DNA from: Podarcis tiliguerta
Taxonomy: Eukaryota
Length of the DNA stretch: 64,000 bases
Assembly (NCBI GenBank): GCA_965153285.1
Contig: OZ229125.1
Direction: 5' to 3' (one strand)
In this document: piece by piece, positions 11,425 to 49,929 of the stretch
Numbering within the stretch: position 1 is the stretch's first letter
How the letters are laid out: every line of letters starts with the position of its first letter
Translations under genes and position numbers: made by a program
The notes under the pieces: model-generated
The model's database searches: none
The model's input: only the letters and a program-made list of their open reading frames with translations
Told to the model about the DNA's origin: nothing

Positions 11425-14400
11425 ATTTTATTTATATCCCGCCCTCCCCAGCCAAAGCCGGGCTCAGGGCGGCTAACAACAATAAAATAGTACAACATAC
11501 CAAAATCGTTCAATATAAAATTAACTCAAATCAAACTACAGTGGTGCCTCGCAAGACGAAAAAAATCCGTTCCATGAGTCTCTTCGTCTAGCGGTTTCGA
11601 AGCAACCCTATTAGCGGATTAGCGCTATTAGCGGTTTAGCGGCTATTAACGGCTATTAAAGGCTTAAGGGATTAGCGGATTAGCTGCTAAAAGGCTATTA
11701 GCAGCTTAGTGCCTTAGAAAAAGGGGGTGGGGAGCGAGAAAAAAACCCCAGGAATCGCAAGACATTTTCGTCTTGCGAAGCAAGCCCATAGAGAAATTCG
11801 TCCTGCGAAGCACCTCCAAAACGGAAAACCCTTTCGTCTAGCGGGTTTTCCGTCTTGCGAGGCATTCGTCTTGCGGGGCACCACTGTAATGGCAGCCACT
11901 GGGCCAGAGCTCTGCGAAGATTGCCAGAGGAGGGGGTCAGACTGTGCCTTGGCCAAAGGCCTGGTGGAACAGCTCTGTCTTGCAGGCCCTGCGGAAAGAT
12001 GTCAAGTCCCACAGGGCCCTAGTCTCTTGTGACAGAGCGTTCCACCAGATCGGAGCCACAGCCGAAAAAGCCCTGGCTCTAGTTGAGGCCAGCCTAACCT
12101 CTCTGTGGCCCGGGACCTTCAAGATGTTTTTGTTTGAAGACCGTAAGTTCCTCCGTGGGTACGAGGGTCCTAGGCTGTATAGGGCTTTAAAGGTTAAAAC
12201 CAGCACCTTAAACCTGATCCTGTACTCCACCGGGAGCCAGTGCAGCTGGTATAGCACCGAGTGAATGTGATCTCGGAGTGAGGACCCCGTAAGGTATAGC
12301 TGAAAGCGTAACAGGAGTGGCTCTGTGCATCACAATGGCCCCACCCCAAATAACTCCTTGGATGGAACAGGAATTGAGTTGTTTTTATTCCTTCTGAACA
12401 GCTACATCATGGAGAAGGTGGACCTGGTGATAGTTGGCGCTGAAGGAGTGGTAGAAAATGGAGGAATTATTAACAAGGTAAAGTGTGAGTCTGGCCAGGT
12501 TTTTCGTGGCTCCCTAAACAGTTTAGGAAATAGTTGTTTTTCCAGAGCTGTCCTGCTAGATCCGAACAAAAGTCCCGTCTTCTCCAGCGTCCTCCTTTCT
12601 TCCATTGGTTAGCCAGATTATTTAAGGAAGAAGTTTGGGAGCAGCGGAAGAAAGTGCTTGTCGTTCCTTAGTTTTCCCCCTCCAACACACACGAAAAAAG
12701 ACTTTAAAAATCCTAGTCAGCTTTCCTTTGTAAAACCTTCTTTGATTCCATCCCCTCTCTTTCTTCCCAACTGTCCCAAATAAATGTTAGAATTCTGCAG
12801 CCTGTATATATTGTTCAAAATAAATAAGTAGCGTTGCCTATTTACTTATATGGGGCATAATTGTACATAATTTATTCTAATTTTCAAGGGGAGCAGCATA
12901 AAACTACATAGAGCAGAAGTGTTGACCAGTGGAAAACTTGTTTAGCTGCTCCTCTGTCATCTTTACAACCATAAGGGCCAGAAACTTGTTTTTTAAAATA
13001 AAATAGAATAGAAAGCTAGAATGCGGACCCACACACCCATGTACATATGAATGTTCTGGCTTCTGTGGAATCCTATCATACATGCATAGCATAAGGCTTG
13101 CTTATGTGTGAACATACCCTTTTTCTCAAAGGTTTTGAGACCTGAATCTAGGGAGTTGCTTATTTTTTTTGCAGGTATAATACAGGATACAGTTAAGCGC
13201 TTTGAAGTTCTACTGATTTTCAGTGAGAGAGGGAAACATGTACTTTATAGCGCAAACCTAGGCATGTCAACTCAGGAGGAAATCCTTTTATTTCACAGTA
13301 GCTTAGTAGGTTTAAAATTGTAGCTTACTTACGTGGGAACCTGATTAAACTCAATGGGGTTTTCTTCTGAGTAGACATGTATATAGGACTGCACTCTAAA
13401 TCTTCACTGTGCTCGGCTTTGACAGAATCTTACCCTTGGGGTTCCTTTTGTATCATAAAGCAAGGGGTTTTTGGTTCCTCATCATAACCTGAGAACATTT
13501 CTCTCCCCCCCCCCCATGGCCTTTTCAGATTGGCACAAACCAAATGGCTGTGTGCGCCAAAGCTCAGAACAAACCCTTCTACGTGGTGGCAGAGAGTTTC
13601 AAGTTTGTGAGACTCTTCCCTCTGAACCAACAGGATGTCCCAGATAAATTTAAGGTAAAGGAAAACTAACTTTGCATCCTGGCTATCTGCATTCAAAACT
13701 CTGTAGCCTGCAATGGGGTGGAAACCTCTGAGGAATTTAATGTCCGATCTTGGAAGTAAACCAGTATAAGGGGCAGCCATCCAGGGATTTGGGGCACTGA
13801 GGTGCATTTGTCGCCTTCATTATCAACTTCCAGAATGCATTTGAAAACATTAATGTTTACTCAGGCATTTAGGGACTGAAGAATCTTGTTCCTGGCAACC
13901 CTGAAGGTGTCACATGAAGTGTTGTTTTTAATGGTCACTGCTTTTAGATGCTTTTAATTGTAATAGTTTTTCTAATGTTTTAGCTGCTTTGTTTTTGAAT
14001 TGCGGGTGGGTGGGCCACCCTGGACTAACTCAGGAGGAAGGGCAGCGTGTGCAGTCAATGGAGAAATAAATGGTGGGTGGGAGACACCCAGTTCTTGTCT
14101 CTCCGTGGCATCTGAATTGGGTGAAGCTGTGCAAGACTTGCCTATTTGGGGCAGTTTTTTTGAGGAGCCACTGATTTCGGCCACTATTAACAATTTTAAT
14201 TCAGTGATTGATGTTACATTTTTCTAATAGATTCATCTGTTTTATATCTCTTTATCTGTTTGCTTTGTTGTAAACTGCCCTGTAACTTGTGGAAAGGGCA
14301 ATATATAAGTTGTCAACTAAGCAGAACCCCACGTTTTATTATAACCAGAACTGTAGCTTGAGCTGAGGAGAGTTCTTTCAGCTACAGTGGTGCCCCGCAA

Positions 14401-15899
14401 GACGAAATTAATTCGTTCTGCGAGTTTTTTCGTTCTACGAGTTTTTTCGTCTTGCGAAGCACCACTGTGTATTGACGGTTTCCCATAGGAATGCATTGGC
14501 AGTTTTTTAAAAAAGGCGCAGGACGTTTCGTCTTGTGAAGCAAGCCCATAGGGAAATCCGTCTTGCGAAGCACCTCAGAAAACGGAAAACTCTTTCGTCT
14601 TGCGAGTTTTTCGTCTTCCGAGGCATTCGTCTTGCGGGGCACTACTGTATTTATTTCAAGCACTTTCCCCCACATTCTTCCGCCAAAATAGGCTCCCAGA
14701 GTAGCATACAAATGCTTGCCAATAAGACAGTCCCTCATGCTTACAACCTAAAAGAATGACATAAAAGGAAAAGGGTTTGTGGGAAGCAGAAGGAAATCAA
14801 GCTCAGGCATTAGATCTTAGTTGCCAAGTTCCTCAGGTCGCAATTCAGCAAGGGACAGAGCTGGATCCAAGCACAGGGAAAGGGCTGCTTCATCCTCTTC
14901 CACTTGTGGTGTCGACAGCAGTGAGCTAGATGGGTCTGACTTGGTGTAAGGTAGCTTCCCATTGTCAGCCTGCGTTCAGACTATGCAGCCTGGGAATATG
15001 TGTGTTGAATGTTACACATGTACAGAATACTGTAACAGGACCCAAACCAACGGGCTCAAATGGCAAGGAAAAGGATTTAGGCAAAATGTCAGGACCCTCT
15101 TGATGGACCACTCTGTTAGACAGTGGAACAGGCTGCCTCAGTCTGAATCAGACTATTAATAATAATAATTTTTATTTATACCCCGCCCTCCCCAGCCAAG
15201 GCCGGGCTCAGGGCAGCTAAGAAGCAATAATAAAAGAAAGTTGAATGAATACAACTTAAAAACAATATTAATACAACATTAAAATATTGAAACATTAAAA
15301 TATTAAAATGCAGCCTCATCACAGGAGGAGAAAGAAAAAAGAAAAGAGGATGTGGGAATCAAATCAAATACTAATCCTTCTGTCTTAGTATTGTCTGCAA
15401 AACTGTGATCCAGAGTTGCAGGCAGGCAACACTCTCAGCCAGGAAATGAACCTGGGACCTTCTGCACATGAAGCCAACACTCTGCCCCCAAGCTGCCTCC
15501 CGTCCCTGCAAGGTGCAGCACTCTTGTTCATTAGAGCTTTTAAAGCAGGCTCTGGGGGCCTGCCTATTAGGGACGATGTAGTAGCCAACTTTTCTGAATG
15601 GGCAGGTAATTAGACCAGATTACCTTTAGGTGCCTCTCAGCTCTGTGATCCTGTGTTCTAAGTCATGCTGCCAAACTCGGGTGAAAAAAAGTGTCCTTTC
15701 ACAGAAAATGATAACTCACCACTTTTTCTTATTTCTTCCCCAGTACAAAGCTGACACGTTGAATCAGCGCAAGGCACTTACAGAGGAGCATCCCTGGATC
15801 GATTATACCTCCCCATCTTTGATCACTCTGCTCTTTACAGACCTTGGGGTCCTGACCCCCTCTGCTGTTAGCGATGAACTGATTAAACTCTACTTGTAA
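4822..15899 (+). CDS. EIF2B1: Translation initiation factor eIF2B subunit alpha (9 exons, 302 aa)
   Basis: join(4822-4834,5678-5779,6378-6514,7671-7787,9419-9531,10988-11056,12402-12477,13529-13654,15744-15899) = 909 nt open frame. Motifs [68 protein letters not shown] and [32 protein letters not shown]. Introns 2 and 5 need GC donors. Confidence 0.97.
4870..4910. repeat. (TTA)n microsatellite in EIF2B1 intron 1
   Basis: Directly visible trinucleotide run. Confidence 0.9.
8245..8700 (+). mobile_element. L2 LINE 3' fragment
   Basis: ORF2 end [17 protein letters not shown]...[10 protein letters not shown] plus 3' UTR; its AT-rich tail is split by the Penelope-like insertion. Confidence 0.8.
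8712..9118 (-). mobile_element. Penelope-like element terminal (pLTR) fragment inserted in (TA)n
   Basis: Contains CTGAAGA-T-GACGAG...CTCGTC-GAAACGTC, the minimal hammerhead motif typical of PLE repeats; flanked on both sides by (TA)n. Confidence 0.65.
8763..8802 (-). ncRNA. Minimal type I hammerhead ribozyme-like motif
   Basis: Core CUGAAGA (8799-8793), 6-bp stem II GACGAG/CUCGUC, GAAA, palindromic ACGU and a GUC triplet. Stem I is only 2-3 bp. Confidence 0.55.
10443..10791 (-). mobile_element. Sauria SINE
   Basis: tRNA-like head, conserved body, ACCTTT-type tail; 13-bp TSD CTCTGGTAAATTT (10430-10442 and 10792-10804). Confidence 0.9.
11383..12292 (-). mobile_element. L2 LINE 3' fragment with (TTA)n tail
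   Basis: [22 protein letters not shown]...[14 protein letters not shown]...[10 protein letters not shown]; interrupted by MITE A copy 2. Confidence 0.85.
11539..11886. mobile_element. MITE family A, copy 2 (nested in an L2 3' end)
   Basis: Same TIRs, TA TSD. Confidence 0.85.
14385..14647. mobile_element. MITE family A, copy 3
   Basis: Same TIRs, TA TSD; extra internal TIR-like end at 14467. Confidence 0.85.
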
Positions 15900-16395
15900 A
15901 ATTGTCCACATCTGGCGTGCCTGAGGGTGATTATGTTTCTCTACCAGTCTGTTAAAAAGGCAAACCCTGTAAGTAAGAAGATTGCTGGTGATGAATCATT
16001 GGATGGCTCCATTTGAAGAACCAAGTCTCTTAAATGGGTTGCATGCAGAGCCCACTATGCAGCTTGGAAAGTTAAATTGTCAGGAACAAATTCACAGAAG
16101 GTTCAGATATGTTAGATTTTATTTGCAATTCAGTTTATTACCGACCCTTCACCATAGGTCTTCTGTTCTGGGCCATCATTGAGGATTGCACACACATGAA
16201 GGTGGTGGGTGGATGGAAGGACACTGAGTGGGAGGCAGGGAGAGGCTGGGAGAAGAAAGGAAAGCTGGGTGGGTCTACCACTTTCTGTGTGAGACAAAAC
16301 ACTAAGAGCTGCCTTTAAGAGAGGAATTCGCTTTTGCTTTCTCTGTTTTTATTTAGATTAGTTTCTTTTATCTTACTGTATTATGACAAAGCTTT

Positions 16396-16401
16396 AATAA
16401 A
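16396..16401 (+). terminator. Candidate polyadenylation signal for EIF2B1
   Basis: First AATAAA seen after the stop codon, about 500 nt downstream. Confidence 0.5.
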
Positions 16402-17187
16402 ATACTATTTTTTTAAAAAATACATCTTTTAAGAAGGCAGGCTTAAGATGATGGAGAACAGTTGGTGGCTGATGATCTGAACCTCAATTCTCTTAGATAA
16501 GAGAAGCCAGACTTTTCAGAAGGAATGACACAAAATGCTTAAAGCAGACAGCTAGGGAGTGACTACTTACAGTCAATCCCTCAGGCCAGGTAGGCGTGGG
16601 ACGCAGAATCCCTGCTCCCTTCTTCCTATAAGGAGCTTGGAGTTGGATACATGATCTCCCCCTTGTTAGCCTCATCACAGTCCAACAAAGTAGGTTTAGG
16701 CTGCAACACCGCCCTGAAACCTCCGGGTATAGGGTGGTATATAAATTCAATAGATAAATAAAAATAAACTAACACAGCAACTGGGACAAGGTTACCCAGC
16801 AAGAATGTGCCACTGGCTTTGTAGAATGCAACTTATTGCAAGACATGGGTGGGAGGAAAAATCTGGGAGCCTTTGCAACATGGTGCTTAAAATCTTAACC
16901 GCAAAGTGGTCCTTACTCGTAGCTTCCAGGCAAAGCCCCCACTTTCCCAAGCTCAAAATCCTTGGCACTTCCTGTTAAAAGAATCCCCTGGAGCAGCTCA
17001 TCAGTGGTCTGGCTCAGTAGGCGGTGGCTTCAAGTTGTCCTGATTGAAAGCTGTGCTGGCCGGCGCTCATGAGAGCTGAAGCCCAAATCATCTGCACGGC
17101 TCCAAGTTGAAGAAAGCTGCTGTAACAGAAGGCCCCAACAGCAACAATATCAAGAGTGAAATGGCACTCGGTATGTGTATATAAAGT

Positions 17188-17193
17188 TTTATT
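17188..17193 (-). terminator. Candidate proximal polyadenylation signal for DDX55
   Basis: AATAAA on the minus strand about 30 nt after the TGA at 17225. Confidence 0.5.
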
Positions 17194-17224
17194 TGTATCA
17201 AAAAGGAGAGTTCAGCTCAACATT

Positions 17225-33472
<16,248 letters not shown>

Positions 33473-33660
33473 GCTCCCGGACGCGCAGCTCCCCCGTCCG
33501 CCCTTCCTGCGGTCCCCCACGGGGCAGGCGTCCTCCGCCTTAAGCGGCCGTTCCGGGAAACAGAACTGCGGAACTTTGGTTCCCCGTCAGCGCTGAGCGG
33601 CGCGGGGCGCAGGGAGCAGGCGGCTCCCTTGCGAGATCAGCTCCGCGGGATCACAGTTTG
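33473..33660 (-). promoter_or_regulatory. CpG-rich promoter/5' UTR of DDX55
   Basis: GC/CpG-rich stretch immediately upstream of the DDX55 ATG. Confidence 0.65.
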
Positions 33661-35943
33661 TTTCCTTTAAAATGCTGCTGAGTTCCCCATTCCTGCCAAA
33701 ATCTGGAATCCGCAGCTCAGGGTCAACAGACACGGGTGTCAGGAGTGGGATACGAACCCTGCTTCCATTCAGAGACCAGAACAGAGCCAGAAGTACGAAT
33801 GGCTGTGAGAAGACCAAAAAGTTTTGGAGGAAAGTTCATTTCGAAATGAAAAAATGTAAAAAAACCTAAATTTGCACTGGACCCCAAAACTATGTCATTG
33901 GGAATGACTCCTTCAGCTACTGTATTGTGAAATCGTCAGTGGAACTATTTAGTTATATGACCACAGCAGTCAGAGTGGTGTTGGCTAACATATGTCCTGG
34001 AATAGATGCATGGAAAGAGAATATGCAGTGATGGCAAAACTCGCGAATTTAGTAAATGATAGACTCATGGCAGAACATTAAAAAACTTGGAATCTTTATA
34101 ATTTGTATACAACTTAACAGAACTGTAACAAAATGAACATTTGTATGGATTTGTATAATAGATCTTAGGTTACAAAAATATTTCCTGCTTAAAAATAGAA
34201 GCTTTGTGTGTATATGATAAAGAAAGAAATATATAGTAGAAGAAATCTTGTCTGTCTGATCTAGAAATGAAATCATAATTTAAAATAATTTTTGCTTTAA
34301 ATTTTTATAATCATACATGGTATTTCTCCAATAGCAAACTACCTAGAATTGGAAATAATATTTAGTATACTAACCTTTGTTTAACTCTTGATAAATGTCA
34401 GCTTGCTGAGTTATTTTGTACCATTGTGATTCAATGTTATATTTGCCAGCAGGCAGACCCAGCAATACAGAGTTTTGCTGCTTAGCAAGAGATTTGGGGA
34501 AGTTGCTCCCGTTCTTCACTGTGATCAGATTACACACTGAGTACTCGTCTCCCGTTTAGTGTGCAAGCAAGTCAGCCAGGCCATAGCATGAGTACCTGCC
34601 AGCCATCTCACCCTAGGTCACCTCCTATGCAGCATCAGGCAGGTGAAGTCACTAACATCCATGGGAAAAAATACATCTAGGGCGAATTCTGGGACTCCAG
34701 AATCCACAGATACCTGCAGAGTCTCCAGCTCAGGTGTTGGGAACCTCTGGCCCGCCCTCCAGATGTTGCTGAACTCCTGCTTGCTGGAGTTGACAGAAGT
34801 TGCAGTCTAGCAAGCGCTGGGGTGGCCAAAGGATCCCCACACCTCACCAGAGGAAAAAGATTCTGCATATGCTCAGGAGCACATTTGCCCTGAGGTCTTT
34901 AAAATGCTACATCCCCCTTGGAGGTCAAGGATTTCTGTGCATGCTCCAGGACACTCAGCCAAGGTGCCAGAATTTTGGTCAGCCCAAAGGTAGCTGCTGC
35001 ACTCTTGAGACACAACGTCTGCTGAAATTACTGATAAATTTGCGCTGGCTTCCTCACCCTTTGAGACTATCTGAGGTGGGGACTGGAACAGGCCTGCCTT
35101 TGAAGACTTGTTAATTGATTTTAGCACTCCTTTGGAAAGAAGCAGGTATGTGCTCTTTGCAGTCGACTGGGCATATTTCCAAATGTGAATTCCGCAGAAA
35201 AACAACAGACTGTGAAGCATTCATGTGCCCCATGTGCCCATGGCTCTGGAATTCATGTGCTCCCATGCCAGAGAGGTTTTATAAGCGAATTTGATGGTTC
35301 CTTTCCCCACTTAGGCCAGACAGGTCCCCCACGCGCCTGCCTTTAATGTTATGGCCCACCATTAAACTTGCATGCACCACGAAATGTGCCACCCACATGG
35401 AAAGAGCAGGCTGCATTTACCCTTTTCTCTCCCGATTTGAGTTCCACCTGAAAATTATGTGGCAGAAGTTACAAATGCTTGCAAATCCATGCCCCTGCTT
35501 AATTCACAGAATGCGGAAGGAAGGGTAGTGATATCCTTAAGCCCCCCGCAGCAAACAGAAAAAGAGAGCCACCAAGGACCTTAGAAACAAATGGATTGAT
35601 CGTGGCAGATAGGAGGGGGGGATCTTTCTGTGGATGACATGGGCAGGCTGTAAGTAGCATCCCTTTCTCTTCTTCTCATGTGTCACAAACTGGGAGGTTT
35701 TTCTGGTGGAAACCTGAGTATCAGGTTTGTCCCTGTCCCTCCCTTGACCTCCACCTTACACCTTACATTAAGTAAAACAAAGGAAAATATATACAAGTTC
35801 CTGTTTCCCAGCCAAGTTGAGTACCCCCTATTGTCCTGGCCAAGTGTAAAATAAAGGGTGTAGGAAATGAAATGATTGTTGCCTTTTCATTGTTTCAGGA
35901 TGTTTTGTTAAGACTTTTGATTCAACACACTTATTTCAATATA

Positions 35944-36180
35944 CAGTTGTACCTTGGTTTTCGAACTTAATCTGTTCCGGAAGTCCGTTCTTAAACCAAA
36001 GCGTTCTTAAACCAAGAAGTGCTTTCCCATAGCAGCATGGGACTCAATTTACAAATGGAACACACTCAAGAGGAAGCGAAACATGTTCTGCATGCAAGGC
36101 AAAGTTCACAAACCAAAACACCTACTTCCGGGTTTGCAGCGTTCATAACCAAAGCTGTTCTTAAACCAAGGTCCCACTAT
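35944..36180. mobile_element. Diverged Tigger-like MITE
   Basis: TA-CAGTTGTACCTTGGTT...AACCAAGGTCCCACTA-TA; related fragments at ~25283 and ~36305. Confidence 0.6.
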
Positions 36181-36644
36181 ATAAGCGTCAATAGACTGAC
36201 CTTTTAAATAGGAAGCTACTCTTTAGGTTTCTAAGCAATTTGTTACCTTTCAATTAATTCACCAATTTTATAATGGCTCTTAGTACCATTAAATAATGCC
36301 TTACTGTGGTACCTTGGTTAATCCGTTCTGGAGTCCGGTCTTAAACCAAGGTGGTCTTAAACCAAGGCATGCTTTCCCATAGAAAGTAATGGAAAACGGA
36401 TTAAATTCTCTCATAAATAAAAATTGCAGCGGGAGACTTAAAAAGCATCAGATTAGGTTAAATTCTCTGGGAATGGAAATACTTTAAAGGAGAAGTTATT
36501 GGGTAAGCTTTTTATCATAATCCCACAAAGCTCTTAACATGCAGCTGCTAACAAACAGTAAAACAAAGAAATAAAGAGTAGAATTGCTCCTTAAAGACGC
36601 AAAGCAAGCATCAGGCTGTAGGTTTGTTTTTTTAAAGAAGGTGT

Positions 36645-36650
36645 TTTATT
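36645..36650 (-). terminator. Candidate polyadenylation signal for TMED2 (about 1.7 kb 3' UTR)
   Basis: AATAAA on the minus strand at the end of an AT-rich stretch downstream of the stop in which I recognise no repeats. Confidence 0.55.
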
Positions 36651-38351
36651 TATCGAATCTGGCCATATATCAAGAACTTTTAAATGTACATCTTCTCATT
36701 AGAATTCAACTTGTCTCACACAAGGGTTGGCATACAACAGCTGCACTGGGGGGGGGAGCCACCCCTTTGAAGGACAGCTGCTAAGTGTCTAGCTGAGGCT
36801 GAAAAGATTTACTTGAACCATGAAAACTTGTAACAAATTTTAATTAAATTAAATTTGGTACAAAACTCTTATGCATTACCGATAGAATGCTTCCCCCACT
36901 CTTGAAAAGAACCCAACCCCACCTACCCCCAAAATTACAACCAATATACATCAGTTCAATATACATCAGCCACAACATAATCTTGGATCAGCACCCCGCT
37001 CCCAGAGACAGACGTGGTGATTTTTAAACCCATCATCCAGACAGCAAGAAGAAAAATAGCTGGTACAAAAACTGAAGTCGATGTGTGTTTAAAAGAGAGG
37101 AAAATGAACAAAATTATTTCAATACAGCCTAATGGGGAGTGCCAACTCCTTTCCTGAGTGAGGCTCCTGTTCCTTTAACAGCAGTGCAAAAAAGGAAAAC
37201 CTCAACAGGTACACTTTATCATGGAGCTGCAGAAACAGGAGCTGCACCTGCTAAATTTCTATGTGCTGCTATTAAATGCGCAAAAATCCTCTTGGGAAGA
37301 TGCACTTGCAGCAGGGAAACAGCACCCGTTTCATTTCTCCCCGCTACATAAAAGGCACAGGAGTCTTCGTTATAGGAAAGGGGGTTGCAATCCTAGTGGT
37401 GTTGTGACCACACAGCAGCATAGCTGCTTCTTCTTTCATGTATCGGATGTGTAGCACGGTAATAACCTCCCTTCCACCGCCTCCCAGCCCGCCCATCACC
37501 ACTGTTAAAACCCTTTGGCATCAGGAACCGACATCCTGAATACTAGTTCTACAACAGTGCCAAACACAGGAGCAGCTTTGGATTGTAAGCAAAAAGGAAA
37601 AGATGTAGCTAAGTTCCCCCCTAAATGGCTGCCTGTTCATAAATTTGCACACAAGAACACATGGTTAACTGGCAAGAACTGTGTTGTGTTTTCATATCTT
37701 TAATTAAGAACCTCAGGACCAAGCCAGTGTGATTACAGAAGGAGTACAGGAGACTTACAGAAGCCACCTAAGGACCCCCTAGTAGAGCAATCCGCTGGTT
37801 TCAGTATGTTTGAACACCAACATGCCCATTTCTTTCTTGGCATGCTTTCTTGACAGTACTGCCAGGCTTGTCCGCATGCCACAATTCCACTCCTGGGTAA
37901 AGCGGAGAGGAAATCCTCTGATCAAATTAAAAAGTGTCTCCCCCGCAGGCATTTAAAAGGTGTTTTAGGACCTTGTGCTAAACTTACACAAAAACTGTAT
38001 TCTATTACCAAAAAAAAGGGAGACAGAAAACAATCAAGGAAAATTTTCACTTGATCAATAGCGCTGGTTTAAAAACAAACTTTTGCAATTTCGTTGAACT
38101 CACTTTGGCTAGTGAGAAACAAAGTTTACCAATTTCAATGTACAACTCTCAGCTCACGTTTCCCTAGAGAGGGTATCTATAGGTACATAGATATATAAAA
38201 TTAAGCTAAGAAGAAAACTGAAAACACAAGTTTTATAGTTCAGAACATAGGGATAAAGAAAACTAAGTGAATTTTGTGACCAAGTTGTTTTGTAGAAGTG
38301 AATGGAGAATCTGGGATCACTGGAGAGAGAGGCCGAGGGGGGAAAGTTTGA

Positions 38352-48143
<9,792 letters not shown>

Positions 48144-48600
48144 GGCGGCGGCGGCGGCGTCGAGGGGAAGCTGGAAGAGAGCGAGGCCAGGCGAGGGGAG
48201 GGGGAAGAGGGCCAACGGGCTCGCGCGCTGCGCTCCGGCGCCTGCCAAGCCCGCAGAGCAAATGGGCTTCGGCGGAGGGGCAGCTTCCGGCCCACGCCCC
48301 GCCCCTTCCGGCGCACGGGGCCCTCGCTCATAGGTCGGAGACGCGGCCCGATGCCACGTACGGCCTGCGGGGGGCGGGGGGGGGTGGCGGCCCTCGAGGG
48401 AGCGACGGGGCGGCGCCTGGCTGCGAGGCGCGCCTTGATTGGGCGGGGAGGAGGGGAAAGGAAAGCGGACGGCGGCCCCGCGAGGCCAATCCGCGTGCTC
48501 GGCGCGGCTTAGGGGCGAAGCGACGGGGGCCGAGGGAGGACATTCCTCGCTGCTGCTAGATTGTCCGGCCAAGGGAGGGCGCCAGCGAGGGCCTTCCAGC
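48144..48600 (-). promoter_or_regulatory. TMED2 CpG-island promoter/5' UTR
   Basis: (GCC)5 directly before the ATG; GC boxes; CCAAT boxes at 48438-48442 and 48486-48490; GCCACGT at 48353-48359. Confidence 0.75.
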
Positions 48601-48761
48601 ATCTTCTTTATATTACAGAATCGCAGACTTGGAAGGGACCACGAGGGTCATCTAGCCCAACCCCCTGCAATGCAATATATTATATATTCATTTATTATTC
48701 AGATTACAGTAACAACATTGAAATAGCAAATTATCCAACAACAAACAGCCTATCCTGGTAT

Positions 48762-48830
48762 ATGTTGTTGTTGTTTAGTAGTTTAGTCGTGTCCGACTCT
48801 TCGTGACTCCAAGGACCAGAGCACGCCACA
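48762..48830 (-). mobile_element. RTE/BovB-type 3' end fragment
   Basis: Minus strand GTCACGAAGAGTCGGACACGACTAAAC followed by a (CAA)n tail. Confidence 0.6.
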
Positions 48831-49929
48831 TGTACAGACTTGTAATTGCACATTATGATAGTTACATTCACCCTCCAATTGCTGCTTTAATCTAAATTAG
48901 AAATTGCACTAACGGGAAGACGTAACACCCTGCAAGCAAATTAAGGTTGTAGGATTAATGTTCATATCCTCTTCACAGACAAATCAGAATTCATGCTGAA
49001 TAAAGACCTGATCTAATCTAACCTCTGCATAAGCTTTGTGCAAGCAAATCAGGATGGACACTCAATGAATAGGTTGCCTGGAGAAGCCTGAAGGCTTCTT
49101 CCACCATGGGCTGTTAACTGGGGTTGGTGAGAGCTGATGTTTGGTAGAGCTGCTGAAAATGCTGCCTGAATAATATTGGATCCATTTCGACAGTGTAATT
49201 TCTGTTAGTGTACTATATTTGAGGGCAATTTTATTTTGAGAATCTCTTAGAAACCACTCTTGAGAGCCTCTCAGGGCTATAAATGTGAAATAATCTTTCA
49301 TAGATTGGATTCCACTTAACCTGCACCCTTTAATGTTAAAAGATTGCTAACAGTTTGATCCTATACATGTTTACTCTGAAGCAAGTCCCACTTTTAGCAA
49401 ATGGTGCATAAAACCTTAGTGATACTGTTACTTGCAGCAGCTGGAGCAGACGTGCCCCAGTAACAGTGTATTAAGTCCCATCCTTGGGCAGATAAATGAA
49501 GCACAGGGAAAAGGTATTAAACCTTTACTGTTCAGCTGTGTGAAGCAGATCACCACCCTCTACCCTCTTGAAGAGTGAAACAAACCATACATGGATCTGT
49601 ACAGGATTGAATATAATTAATATATCCTCTTACTAATTCCATCATAAGGTTATGGGCCCAGTTTAGGAATAATTTCCAGATATATTAAATACTTTTTCAG
49701 CTTTTGAATGGATTTTTAGGCTTGAGTTTTAAACTGCAAAAGAGAGATTTTTTTTTCTTAGCCTCACAGCACCAGAGAAAAACCCTTCCTATGCAACCCA
49801 GCAAGTAGGGGAAAGGCTATTTATTTTGTGGTGGGTTTTTTTTTTTTTTTGTAATAGTTTTTCCATTTTTTCTAGTGTACTTTTTGAAAAATATTTCTTT
49901 GTATGACTTTTGGCATTTTTTATTTTAAG

